Positions 15,239 through 23,823 of a stretch of 32,000 bases of DNA are shown piece by piece. Both the position numbers and the translations under genes were made by a program. Source of the stretch: Candidatus Nanogingivalaceae bacterium. Lineage in GTDB: Bacteria > Patescibacteriota > Saccharimonadia > Saccharimonadales > Saccharimonadaceae. The notes beneath the pieces were generated by a model. The model saw only the letters and a program-made list of their open reading frames with translations. It was not told where the DNA came from and made no database searches. The stretch is taken from assembly GCA_015257795.3 (NCBI GenBank), contig CP072208.2:210001-242000 (forward strand). Direction: 5' to 3'. Position 1 is the stretch's first letter. Every line of letters starts with the position of its first letter.

Positions 15239-16573
15239 TTAAAATCCAACTTTAATTTTTTGTTTTCGAAGATAAATTTCAGATAAAAAGAATTGCAAGA
15301 AACCAACGATTGCGGTTGTAGCAAAAACGCCGGTTAAGCCAAGATTGAAAGTTTTGAGAAAGATGAAAATTCCGACGGGCGTCAAAATACTGCTCGATAA
15401 AGCGTAAATTATCTGCATTACCCCGTTAAATTTTTTCAAATACGAACGCGTAATCGAGAGCAAAATATAATAGCGAATCTTTGAGCCAACTTCAATTGCG
15501 AATAAAATCAAAATCATTGGATTAAGAATTGCATTTTTTACTGCTGAATCGTTCGAAATAATATTCACCCAGATTGGCGCCGAAAACCCAATCGAAACTG
15601 TAAGAATAATGAAAAATTTTAAAGCTAACCGCCAAATAAATTTATTATTTTGATAAACTTCCATTTGAGTTTTTAAGCCTAATTTTGAATTATAAGAAAC
15701 GTCAACATTTGCAAGACTTGCACTTGCATCAACTACACCTTCAAGAAAAGCACCAATCGTATAAATCCAATATCGGGCTGAAACGAATGATGGTGAAAGG
15801 TGTAATAACGAAGATGTTGTAAAAATTGCGGCAATTCGTGGTGCTAATCTGCGGATAATTTCCCATTTTGTGTTAAGCCAAAGTTTTTTGATCCATTTTA
15901 TATCAATTTCAAAACCATTTTTAAAGAAATTTGGACAAGGTTTTGCAATTAAAAAATAAATCAGTGGAATAATATTCGCCAAAAAACAAGCTATCATCAT
16001 TCCATTTGCACCCCAGCCAAAAACCCATAGCGCCAAAAATGATCCGATTGCCATCGTCCATGTTGTTGCGTGGTCGAGAAGCATCGCTTGTCTCGTTCGA
16101 AAAGTAGCTTTAAGATAAGAAGTGATCAGCATCTGGCTCGGGCAAGCCAAGAAGATCGTCGCTACGCAAATTCGCCAATATGGCACGTAAAGCGCAAGAA
16201 GTTCTTGTGAAACGCCAAGCGAACTTAGTAATTCACCTGCAAAAATAAATGAAATTAGTGCTGGTGGTGTTAGAATTAAATAAACCAAATAAAGCGCATT
16301 TTTAAGGGGTTTCGAAGCTTTATCTGCACTTTTATTCACCATATAAGCAGGCAAATTCGAGACTAAAGCTGTTCGAACGGCATAATACGCACAGGAAAGC
16401 ACCACCCAAAGCGTATCTGTTACAGCAAACATTGTGAGCGATTTTTCCGCATAGGCTACATTTGGATACCAGGCCATTACTAGTGCCCAGTTTGCTTCGA
16501 CAAGGTTATCAGCAATCGTACCGAGAAAATTATCGAAAAACATTTTTCGAAGTTCTTTTTTGGTTTTTAGCAT
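15239..16573 (-). CDS. Polytopic MOP/MATE-superfamily transporter (flippase-like)
   Basis: A 444-aa protein with about 12 hydrophobic segments and no soluble domain. I assign the family by topology only. Confidence 0.35.
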   Translation of the reverse strand: MLKTKKELRKMFFDNFLGTIADNLVEANWALVMAWYPNVAYAEKSLTMFAVTDTLWVVLSCAYYAVRTALVSNLPAYMVNKSADKASKPLKNALYLVYLILTPPALISFIFAGELLSSLGVSQELLALYVPYWRICVATIFLACPSQMLITSYLKATFRTRQAMLLDHATTWTMAIGSFLALWVFGWGANGMMIACFLANIIPLIYFLIAKPCPNFFKNGFEIDIKWIKKLWLNTKWEIIRRLAPRIAAIFTTSSLLHLSPSFVSARYWIYTIGAFLEGVVDASASLANVDVSYNSKLGLKTQMEVYQNNKFIWRLALKFFIILTVSIGFSAPIWVNIISNDSAVKNAILNPMILILFAIEVGSKIRYYILLSITRSYLKKFNGVMQIIYALSSSILTPVGIFIFLKTFNLGLTGVFATTAIVGFLQFFLSEIYLRKQKIKVGF

Positions 16574-16621
16574 ATCTATTTATTCTATAATTTTTCAAAA
16601 CAAAAATCAATATTGAAAAAC

Positions 16622-16650
16622 TTGCTTTAAAAGCTAAAAAATGATACAAT
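16622..16650 (+). promoter_or_regulatory. Promoter TTGCTT-17 nt-(TGa)TACAAT for the 16682 gene
   Basis: The hexamers and spacing were read directly. GGAGGTG RBS at 16671-16677. Confidence 0.55.
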
Positions 16651-16681
16651 AAAAATCCAAGAAAATTTTGGAGGTGCAGAA

Positions 16682-17179
16682 ATGCAAGGACTTTTAGATA
16701 CACAAAAACCTTTAGATGGTCAAATATTCAACATTGCAACAATGGGTACGCGAGAAACTGTCGCTAAAGAGACGCGTTCGAAAATTGAAGAAGCTTTTTT
16801 AAGCGATGATCCGTATTGTGATATTGAAGTTTTTCGAAATCTTTTTGAAGTTGATGACATACTTGATCTTCAGAATCGGTTTGTTAAGAATGTTAAACCG
16901 AGTAAGTTTAGAAACTTAACGGCGATTCATCAGCTTGCGATAGTTGACGCTTCTAAAATTGGATACTCTGATTTTAAGGATAAAAAGACAATAACCGAGA
17001 AGATTGCATACGCTTGTCAACACAAATCTAGCCTTGGTAAAAAAGACCAAATCCCTAAAGATCTTCAAAAATATTTTGAAAAAATTCTAGATATTTTCTG
17101 CGAAATTATGCTTGATCAAGAAGTGCAAATAAGCTCTGGTTATGCGATGACACTATTAATGAACGCTCTAGGAGTCTAA
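16682..17179 (+). CDS. Hypothetical protein (165 aa)
   Basis: It has a strong RBS, a promoter and a downstream terminator. I recognise no motif. Confidence 0.7.
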   Translation: MQGLLDTQKPLDGQIFNIATMGTRETVAKETRSKIEEAFLSDDPYCDIEVFRNLFEVDDILDLQNRFVKNVKPSKFRNLTAIHQLAIVDASKIGYSDFKDKKTITEKIAYACQHKSSLGKKDQIPKDLQKYFEKILDIFCEIMLDQEVQISSGYAMTLLMNALGV

Positions 17180-17184
17180 GGTTT

Positions 17185-17213
17185 AAAAAAGGCCTCAAGT
17201 AGAGGTCTTTTCT
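17185..17213. terminator. Bidirectional terminator between convergent genes (A-run, GGCCTC-AAGTA-GAGGTC, T-run)
   Basis: A 6-bp stem including one G-U pair, flanked by an A-run and a T-run. Confidence 0.5.
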
Positions 17214-17905
17214 TATTGTTTTTGAACTTTTTGAAAATCGCCAAATTTTAAATCTTTCGGCAAGGAGTAGTTTCCGAAAACGGTTCGGTGTAGTTTTACG
17301 ACTTCATAACCAACCGCCGAAAAAGTTCTGCGGATTTGGCGGTTTCGCCCTTCACTCATAATAACTTTCCAGTTCTTTCGCGAATCATTAAGTCTTTCGA
17401 GTCCAAGCTGTGATTTTCCATCGGGTAAATTTATTCCAAAATCTGCAATCATTTGTTGATGTAATGGCTGAAGCGGCTCGTCTAATTCTACGAGGTATTC
17501 TTTAATCTTTCGAAATTTCGGATGTGTCATTTGGAATGCAAAATCGCCATCGTTTGTTAAGAGCAAAAGCCCGCTAGAATCTTTATCAAGCCGACCAACA
17601 GGTTTTAAAGAATGAAACTCTTTGGGTAAAATTGCATAAATTGTTTCATTCACGCCTTGTTTTTTTCTTGAACAAACATATCCGCGGGGTTTATTAAATA
17701 GTAGGTAAATTCGTTCTTCGCGGTTGTTTGATATTACTTTATCACCAATTTTTATAATATCAGTGTCTTGAAATCTCGCCCCCAGTTTTGCGGCTTTTCC
17801 GTTTATCGAGATTTTGCCTTTTTCGATAAGTTCATCTGCTTGTCTACGCGAAATTCCCAGCTGTAAAGCTAGGAATTTATTTAAGCGTTCTGTTTCTTTA
17901 TCCAC
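17213..17905 (-). CDS. RsuA/RluB-family pseudouridine synthase with an N-terminal S4 domain
   Basis: The S4-like N-terminus is RLNKFLALQLGISRRQADELI. The catalytic block is GRLDKDSSGLLLLTNDG. Confidence 0.85.
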   Translation of the reverse strand: MDKETERLNKFLALQLGISRRQADELIEKGKISINGKAAKLGARFQDTDIIKIGDKVISNNREERIYLLFNKPRGYVCSRKKQGVNETIYAILPKEFHSLKPVGRLDKDSSGLLLLTNDGDFAFQMTHPKFRKIKEYLVELDEPLQPLHQQMIADFGINLPDGKSQLGLERLNDSRKNWKVIMSEGRNRQIRRTFSAVGYEVVKLHRTVFGNYSLPKDLKFGDFQKVQKQ

Positions 17906-17908
17906 GGT

Positions 17909-18883
17909 TTATTGAGCTCCAAAAGGAGGTTGTTGTATATTTGAATTTGAAAAAGTTTCACTATTTCCACTATTTAGAATATCGTTAATTTGCGAAGCGA
18001 GATTTTCTTCATCAGTTCTATTGAGCGGCTCTAGTGGTTGAACTACCCTCTCTCCAGCTACAGATTGAACAGTCTCTTGTTGAACCGGTGATGGTGCTGT
18101 ATGAGGCTGGTTGACGAAATCGCTGATCGGGTGCGCAGGAGCTTCAATACTTCTTGATGCTGGGGTGTTTACTGTAGTGGGGTGAGCTATTGGGGTTGGA
18201 GTTTGTGCGGGTGAAGTAGCTGCCATAGGGCGACTAACCGGTTGGATCGGTCGTACTGTAGTGTCCGGCATAGTAGGTTGAGGTTGTTGGCTTACAAATC
18301 CGGCAGGAGCTGGTCGTTCTCGCTCGAATTGAGCTAAACTTGGAGCTGCTGCTCGAACAGGTGGCTGCAGTGGCTGGGTTGAGGCGACCTGTGTCATAGG
18401 TTGAGCGGGCGCAGAGGGTGCAGCTGTAAAATTATTTTGTTGAACTGGATTATTTTGTTGAGTGTTTGTAGTTACTGCTTGCTTTTGGGCAGTTCTTTGC
18501 TCTACGGTTAAATGACCGTCTTGAAGAACGTCGTGAACTGTTCGAACAACATCTTCAATACCAACTTGAGACTTAACTAGATATCGATCAGCACCAAGAG
18601 CTTCCCCTCTTCTTCGTTGATCTTCACTGGAGAGTGCCGTCATCATAATAACCTTAATATTGCGGGTCTCGGTTGTTGACCTTAAAATATCAAGCATGTC
18701 GAATCCAGAAATTTTTGGCATCATAACGTCACTAACAATTAAATCTGGACGTTCTTTAATAGCCATCGCTAAAGCTTCTTCACCGTCTCCGGCTGAGACA
18801 ATATCATAGCCTTCAGCCAAGAGCCGAACACCATAAATCTCACGCAAACTTTTATCATCTTCTACTAGTAAAATTTTTGTCAT
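17909..18883 (-). CDS. Response regulator: a REC domain plus a ~200-aa Pro/Gln/Thr/Ala-rich tail, with no recognisable output domain
   Basis: MTKILLVEDD, DLIVSDVMMP and the K of VIMMTA define the REC domain. The remainder is low-complexity sequence. Confidence 0.85.
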   Translation of the reverse strand: MTKILLVEDDKSLREIYGVRLLAEGYDIVSAGDGEEALAMAIKERPDLIVSDVMMPKISGFDMLDILRSTTETRNIKVIMMTALSSEDQRRRGEALGADRYLVKSQVGIEDVVRTVHDVLQDGHLTVEQRTAQKQAVTTNTQQNNPVQQNNFTAAPSAPAQPMTQVASTQPLQPPVRAAAPSLAQFERERPAPAGFVSQQPQPTMPDTTVRPIQPVSRPMAATSPAQTPTPIAHPTTVNTPASRSIEAPAHPISDFVNQPHTAPSPVQQETVQSVAGERVVQPLEPLNRTDEENLASQINDILNSGNSETFSNSNIQQPPFGAQ

Positions 18884-18933
18884 ATTGCTCCTATTATACT
18901 ACTATTTTTATAAAAAATCTATACTTTTTAAGC

Positions 18934-20946
18934 TTACTTTTGTCTTTGAGCCATCATCTTTTGAGCATACTCAATTTTCATTCGTTCAATGTCGTTTAAA
19001 GTTGGCTGAACTGGAGTGTTTACCGGATTCATTTGTGAAAAATTTTGGCTAGCCGCTGATGTGCTAGTTTGCTGAATCGTCTGTGTGGTTTGTTGGTTAT
19101 ATGCCTGTTGAGTTTGAACTTGAGCTACATTTTGCGCGATTGGCTGAGTAGGTTGGGCTGCATATTGTTGAGCTAAAGGATTGAAGCCACGAATAGCACC
19201 ATATTTTGCAAAATCCTGTTGTTCAGCGCTTCTTTGGGCTTGCTGAATCGTCTGTTCAGTTTGCTGACCGTATATTTGTTGATTTTGAATTGGGTTTTGA
19301 GCTACATTTTGCGCGATTGGCTGAGTAGGTTGGGCTGGCTGAACGGGTTGAGGAATTGGCTGTACTGAATGCACCGGCTCTTGTGGTTGTGGTTGTGGTT
19401 GTGGTTGTGGTTGTGGTTGTGGTTGTGGTTGTGGTTGTGGTTGTGGTTGTGGTTGTGGTTGTGGTTGTGGTTGTGGCTGTGGTTGTGGTTGTGGTTGTGG
19501 TTGTGGAACTGCTTGAATAGTAGGAATTGATAAAACTTCCTGAGTTTGCATAGGTTGAGTTTGGAAGGGCTCGGTTTCCTTAGAGTTTTCCGGAACGGTA
19601 GGTTCAGTTGGGGCTGTAGTGGGTTGATTATTTACTGTTTCTATGTTTGGATGCTCCATTGTTTCATCTTGAAGAATCGCGTTAATGTCGCGATCGGCTT
19701 CTTCAATTTCGCGCTGATTGCGCTTTTGTTCGATTTTTTGATGTTCTTCGGATTTTTTAGCATCTTCTTTCGCCTTTAAAGACTCGGCATTTTCGCGAGT
19801 GATTCGGGGTAGTTTCACAGTAAAAACACTTCCCTTTTTATATTCGCTTTCAACGGTTAATTTACCACCAATTGATTCGGTTAATTTTCTTGATAGGAAT
19901 AAGCCTAGCCCTGTGCCATTAATTTCACGCGTTTCAGAATTATCTACACGATAAAATTTTTGGAACAAGTGCGGAAGGTCTTCAGCAGGAATACCAATCC
20001 CGCTGTCTTTAACAGAAATTTGAACACTATCGTTGTCACCAGTTACGTTTACGGCAACTGTTCCACTAGGTGTATATTTAATTGCATTTTCAAATAAATT
20101 ATTTAAAACTTCATGCAAATGATCGCGGTCTGCATGAATAAAGAAAACTGGCATGATTGTCTTTTCGCCGGTTGCATTATGGTCTGGCATAAAAACATAT
20201 TCCAACCCTTTGTTTTCGGCTTTCGGTTTTAACCCTTCCCAAATATCTCGTGCAAATTCTGTTGCATCTAAAACGATAGGTTCGTTTTTTAATCGACCGT
20301 CTTCTGCTTTTGTAATATCTAACAAATCTTGAAATAGTTGTCCAAGATGTTGAGTGTTTTCGTGCGCTTTTTCAAGAAAAGATTTTGCACGAGCATCAAT
20401 TGTGGCGGTTGCCGGGTTTAAGGCAAGCCCAAGATATCCTTCGATGCTTGCAACTGGAGTTCGCATTTCGTGGCTAGCGGTTGAAATAAATTCAGCTTGT
20501 TCTCGGTTGTCGCTTAGTTCTTTCGAAATATCACGAAAGACTACAACCACTCCAGAATTAGACCCCCCGATCGAATTAACCGCCAAAAAGATTGGTGTGA
20601 TTTTTCCGCTCTGAGTTTTAATGAATAAATCTCGAGTTGTAAAGTTTTCGTTAGTTCGTAAAACGCGATTAACTGGATTTGAAATATCTAACATTTCAGC
20701 ACCGTCGTTGTTAGTGATTTTTAGAACTGAGTTAAAAACCAACCCAGCCGCATCGCTTCCACTCCAGCCAGTAATTTGTTCCGCAGCTGGATTAATAGCT
20801 AAGATATTACCTTTTTGATCAACAGCTAAAACACCGTCATCTACGGCGTCTAAAATTGCTTTTCCATCGCCCAAAAAACTACTCGAAGTATTTTTCGAAA
20901 CTTTTTCTCCCGATTTTTCGTTAAAAATATTTTTTAAGTTAAACAT
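18934..20946 (-). CDS. PAS-sensor histidine kinase with a ~270-aa low-complexity C-terminal tail
   Basis: PAS-like N-terminus, H-box SHEMRTP, N-box NLFENAIKYT and G-boxes DSGIGI/GTGLGL. I prefer the start at 20946 (MFNLKN, RBS AAGGAAG) over 20997. Confidence 0.85.
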   Translation of the reverse strand: MFNLKNIFNEKSGEKVSKNTSSSFLGDGKAILDAVDDGVLAVDQKGNILAINPAAEQITGWSGSDAAGLVFNSVLKITNNDGAEMLDISNPVNRVLRTNENFTTRDLFIKTQSGKITPIFLAVNSIGGSNSGVVVVFRDISKELSDNREQAEFISTASHEMRTPVASIEGYLGLALNPATATIDARAKSFLEKAHENTQHLGQLFQDLLDITKAEDGRLKNEPIVLDATEFARDIWEGLKPKAENKGLEYVFMPDHNATGEKTIMPVFFIHADRDHLHEVLNNLFENAIKYTPSGTVAVNVTGDNDSVQISVKDSGIGIPAEDLPHLFQKFYRVDNSETREINGTGLGLFLSRKLTESIGGKLTVESEYKKGSVFTVKLPRITRENAESLKAKEDAKKSEEHQKIEQKRNQREIEEADRDINAILQDETMEHPNIETVNNQPTTAPTEPTVPENSKETEPFQTQPMQTQEVLSIPTIQAVPQPQPQPQPQPQPQPQPQPQPQPQPQPQPQPQPQPQPQPQPQEPVHSVQPIPQPVQPAQPTQPIAQNVAQNPIQNQQIYGQQTEQTIQQAQRSAEQQDFAKYGAIRGFNPLAQQYAAQPTQPIAQNVAQVQTQQAYNQQTTQTIQQTSTSAASQNFSQMNPVNTPVQPTLNDIERMKIEYAQKMMAQRQK
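19381..19506 (-). repeat. Coding hexanucleotide microsatellite (CCACAA)x21 encoding (Pro-Gln)x21, with one synonymous CAG interruption (base 19477)
   Basis: Counted directly on the + strand as (TTGTGG)n. Confidence 0.95.
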
Positions 20947-21027
20947 AGCCCACTTCCTTAATGTAAATAGTTTAACATAATCACTTTCAAAAATCAATAA
21001 AAAAGCGAGTATTCAACTCGCTCTGTT

Positions 21028-21912
21028 TTAATATAATTTTGCAACCACCACATCACAGCAGTGCAAATTATTTTTGAAGTTCTGGTAATAAAAATTAATA
21101 ATTTTGTTATGAACTTCTGTATAGTAATCTGAATCCTCAGAATTGCCTTTCAGGTTATGCTCAAAAATTTTCAAATGCACCTTTCTGATATAATCGCTGA
21201 ATTTTTCTGCGCGCTGTTTTTTTGCATTATCGAGGATAGCGTTTATCTCAGCTAAAGTTTTTAGACACGATTGCTTAACTTCACTAAATTCTTCTCCCTG
21301 AGAATTAAATGTTTCAATACTTAAGCTTAGATCCTTTTTTTGAAGTTCAAGATCCATCAAGTGGATCGCGCGTTGATCTCGGCAAATTGTTCGGCAAAGA
21401 TTGAATGCATAAGCTGGAACAATTTCCGCAGCGTTCAAAACCTTTCCGTCTTTTAAAATTTCGCCGTCGTAACCATTCACTACAAATGAGCGCGGTGATT
21501 TTGTATTTAAGAATGCATAGGCACCATCAATTTTAGGTTGAGTTTCAGCCCATTCATCAATTTTATGAACCAAGTAGCTAGCGCAACCTTGATTTTGATA
21601 ATCTTCGAGCGTAAACATTGAACCAATTTCACCAAGATACTGGCGAAAAGAATTCAGTTGCGGTTTCATCATTGAGGCAGAAGCGATAACCTTATCGGTT
21701 TTTTCATCAAAAAGTAACGCAACACAAGCTTTTTCCATGATGTCATCCGGTGACATATCTAAGACTGTGTCGTCTTGTTTTGTTAAATTTGAAAGCCACA
21801 ATGCGACTTCACCCTGTTGATCTAAACCTAGATCATGTAAGAAATAGAACGACCATTCATCGTTTGAAATCTTTTGCATAACATTTAAGATACCTCTATC
21901 CTTAATTTTCAT
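21028..21912 (-). CDS. GNAT-like acetyltransferase-fold protein with a ~150-aa helical C-terminal extension (tentative)
   Basis: YQNQGCASYLVHKIDEWA resembles the acetyl-CoA-binding motif A (Q/R-x-x-G-x-A/G). GGAGGTGG RBS. Confidence 0.35.
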   Translation of the reverse strand: MKIKDRGILNVMQKISNDEWSFYFLHDLGLDQQGEVALWLSNLTKQDDTVLDMSPDDIMEKACVALLFDEKTDKVIASASMMKPQLNSFRQYLGEIGSMFTLEDYQNQGCASYLVHKIDEWAETQPKIDGAYAFLNTKSPRSFVVNGYDGEILKDGKVLNAAEIVPAYAFNLCRTICRDQRAIHLMDLELQKKDLSLSIETFNSQGEEFSEVKQSCLKTLAEINAILDNAKKQRAEKFSDYIRKVHLKIFEHNLKGNSEDSDYYTEVHNKIINFYYQNFKNNLHCCDVVVAKLY

Positions 21913-22048
21913 TTTTCCACCTCCTGAGTGATTTTTTCTTTCGAAAATCGAATAGATTTTGTAATTATATCATATTTTTAGCTAAAAAGCAAGCAAAAGA
22001 ATCTAAAATAAAAACCGCCTTTTTGATAAAAGCGATTTTTTAAAAAAA

Positions 22049-22174
22049 TTATTTTGCGGCCAAAGCTGCTGCGATTCGTTCGCGGCGTTTTGCTTCGCGG
22101 CGTTTTTCGATTTTTAGTTTTGCACGCAAAGCTCGTTTGCGGTCTGCTCCGTGCCAACTTTTATGTTTAGCCAT
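22049..22174 (-). CDS. Unlisted 41-aa highly basic protein (MAKHKSWHGADRKRALRAKLKIEKRREAKRRERIAAALAAK)
   Basis: My own translation. An AAAGGA RBS lies 5-6 nt upstream. It sits in an otherwise empty 340-nt gap. Confidence 0.4.
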   Translation of the reverse strand: MAKHKSWHGADRKRALRAKLKIEKRREAKRRERIAAALAAK

Positions 22175-22250
22175 CTATTTCCTTTCGTTAAAAAATAAAA
22201 CAATTCTAAATAATTATAGCATACTTGTTCGAGAATTTCAAACTCTCAGA

Positions 22251-22925
22251 CTACTTTCCATAAACAATTCTTGAAACGTTTTGGTAATAGTTTTGAACTG
22301 CATGATGAAAGTTTTGAAGTTCGGCGCCTTTTAATTCAAAGTAATGTGGTCCGGCCTCTACTTTTATCACTTGATCTTTTCGAAGTTCGTATCTGGTCGT
22401 ATTTTGATGAACTTTCCGCTTTCCGTCAATCCACTCTTCGTGATAAATCCAGGAATTGTGATCTAACACAAAGAATTCGCGTCGAGTTCCATGTAAGATT
22501 GGCCCAAAAATTTGTGCGCCAACTTTGCTTTCAAGGTCAATTAACGCTCGAGAAATATCTTGTGGATTTTTCTTGAATTGATTGAATAGATATTTATAAT
22601 AAAGCTGGTTGCTTTCGTGTTTTTTTGCTTTTTTTAGGAAAGATTTTCTAGTATATTTAAAGTGCGTATTTCTAAATTCTTCTTCCGCAATATTTCGAAG
22701 ATATAAAATTTGTGCACTTTTTGCGAACATCTCATCAAAAATATTAACTTGTTGTGTTCTCTTTCTTTGCGGTAAAGCGGTCTTTTGAATCTGTTTAACG
22801 GGTTTTAAAGGCATTTGCTTTGGTAGATCATAGGCAATCTTTATTCTTGGTTTTTCTAAAGCTGGCTCTTTGGGAGCTTCTGAAGGATATGGAATTTGGT
22901 ATAAGCTTTTGTCAGAATTGTTCAT
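22251..22925 (-). CDS. Hypothetical protein (224 aa)
   Basis: A complete ORF with a near-consensus promoter upstream. I recognise no motif. Confidence 0.7.
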   Translation of the reverse strand: MNNSDKSLYQIPYPSEAPKEPALEKPRIKIAYDLPKQMPLKPVKQIQKTALPQRKRTQQVNIFDEMFAKSAQILYLRNIAEEEFRNTHFKYTRKSFLKKAKKHESNQLYYKYLFNQFKKNPQDISRALIDLESKVGAQIFGPILHGTRREFFVLDHNSWIYHEEWIDGKRKVHQNTTRYELRKDQVIKVEAGPHYFELKGAELQNFHHAVQNYYQNVSRIVYGK

Positions 22926-22948
22926 TTTTTGCCTCTAAATATATTTAG

Positions 22949-22977
22949 ATTGTAGCATATTTTTATACATTTGTCAA
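22949..22977 (-). promoter_or_regulatory. Near-consensus promoter TTGACA-17 nt-(TGc)TACAAT on the - strand
   Basis: On the + strand, TGTCAA is at 22972-22977 and ATTGTA at 22949-22954. Confidence 0.6.
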
Positions 22978-22990
22978 TAAGGTGACAATG

Positions 22991-23773
22991 TTAGATATTG
23001 AATAACTCTTCAGTGTTTTTAGACGTAATTTTGGCGATTTCTTCGATTGAAATTTGTCGTTTTTCTGCTAAATCTTCAACCACTAATTTTGAAAATGCAG
23101 GTTGATTCGGCTTTCCGCGTTTGCCTTTTGGCGCTAAGAACGGCGAATCTGTTTCAATCAAAGTTTTCGAAAGTGGAATATTGGCAAACATTTCTAGCTC
23201 TTCGGGCTTTTTTACAAAAGTAGAGATACCATTCACACCAACGAATAAATCTCGTTTTAGAGCTTCATTCAAATTCTCTTTCGAATCTGTAAAAGAATGT
23301 AAAACGCCACGAATTTTACCATTTTTCGAAACTTCGTCGAAAATTGGCCAAAAATCTTCAAAAGCTTCACGAACATGAAAACTCACTGGTAAATTTAATT
23401 TTTGCGCAAGTTCAAGCTGTGCTTTTAAAAGCGTTTTTTGTGCTTCACGATTTGAATTTTCATAAAAATAATCAAGCCCAATTTCACCAATTGCTACAAC
23501 TTTTGGTTTTTTCGAAAGCTGTTCAAGCTCTGCAATTAACTCTTTTGGATTATATTTTTCTGCTTCATGCGGATGAACGCCAATTGCTGAGAAGAGCTTA
23601 ATCTCGCCAGAGTTCTCAGTTGAAAAATCGACTGCAAGTTTTGAGTTTTCAAGATTTTCGCCGATACAGATTGCTTTCGAAATTTTAGCGTTTTGCATAT
23701 TTTCAAAAACTTCACTTTGTGGAATTGGAAAATCCTTATCATGAATATGACAATGTGAATCAATAATTTTCAT
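22991..23773 (-). CDS. tatD: TatD-family metal-dependent hydrolase/DNase
   Basis: MKIIDSHCHI, GEIGLDY, SFHVREA, VLHSF and ETDSPFL. Confidence 0.9.
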   Translation of the reverse strand: MKIIDSHCHIHDKDFPIPQSEVFENMQNAKISKAICIGENLENSKLAVDFSTENSGEIKLFSAIGVHPHEAEKYNPKELIAELEQLSKKPKVVAIGEIGLDYFYENSNREAQKTLLKAQLELAQKLNLPVSFHVREAFEDFWPIFDEVSKNGKIRGVLHSFTDSKENLNEALKRDLFVGVNGISTFVKKPEELEMFANIPLSKTLIETDSPFLAPKGKRGKPNQPAFSKLVVEDLAEKRQISIEEIAKITSKNTEELFNI

Positions 23774-23790
23774 TTTATCCTTTCGAAAAG

Positions 23791-23820
23791 TTGAAACCTC
23801 AGCGTTGAGCCGAGGTTCTT
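23791..23820 (-). terminator. Probable terminator after metG (GAACCTC-loop-GAGGTTT, then a T-rich tract)
   Basis: The hairpin was read on the - strand downstream of the stop at 23824. The T-run is interrupted. Confidence 0.4.
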
Positions 23821-23823
23821 TGG

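Noticed and set aside
19381-19506. The regular 6-nt repeat considered as a CRISPR array or non-coding satellite
   Set aside because: It has no spacers and the unit is only 6 nt. It is in frame within the histidine kinase ORF and encodes (PQ)21.
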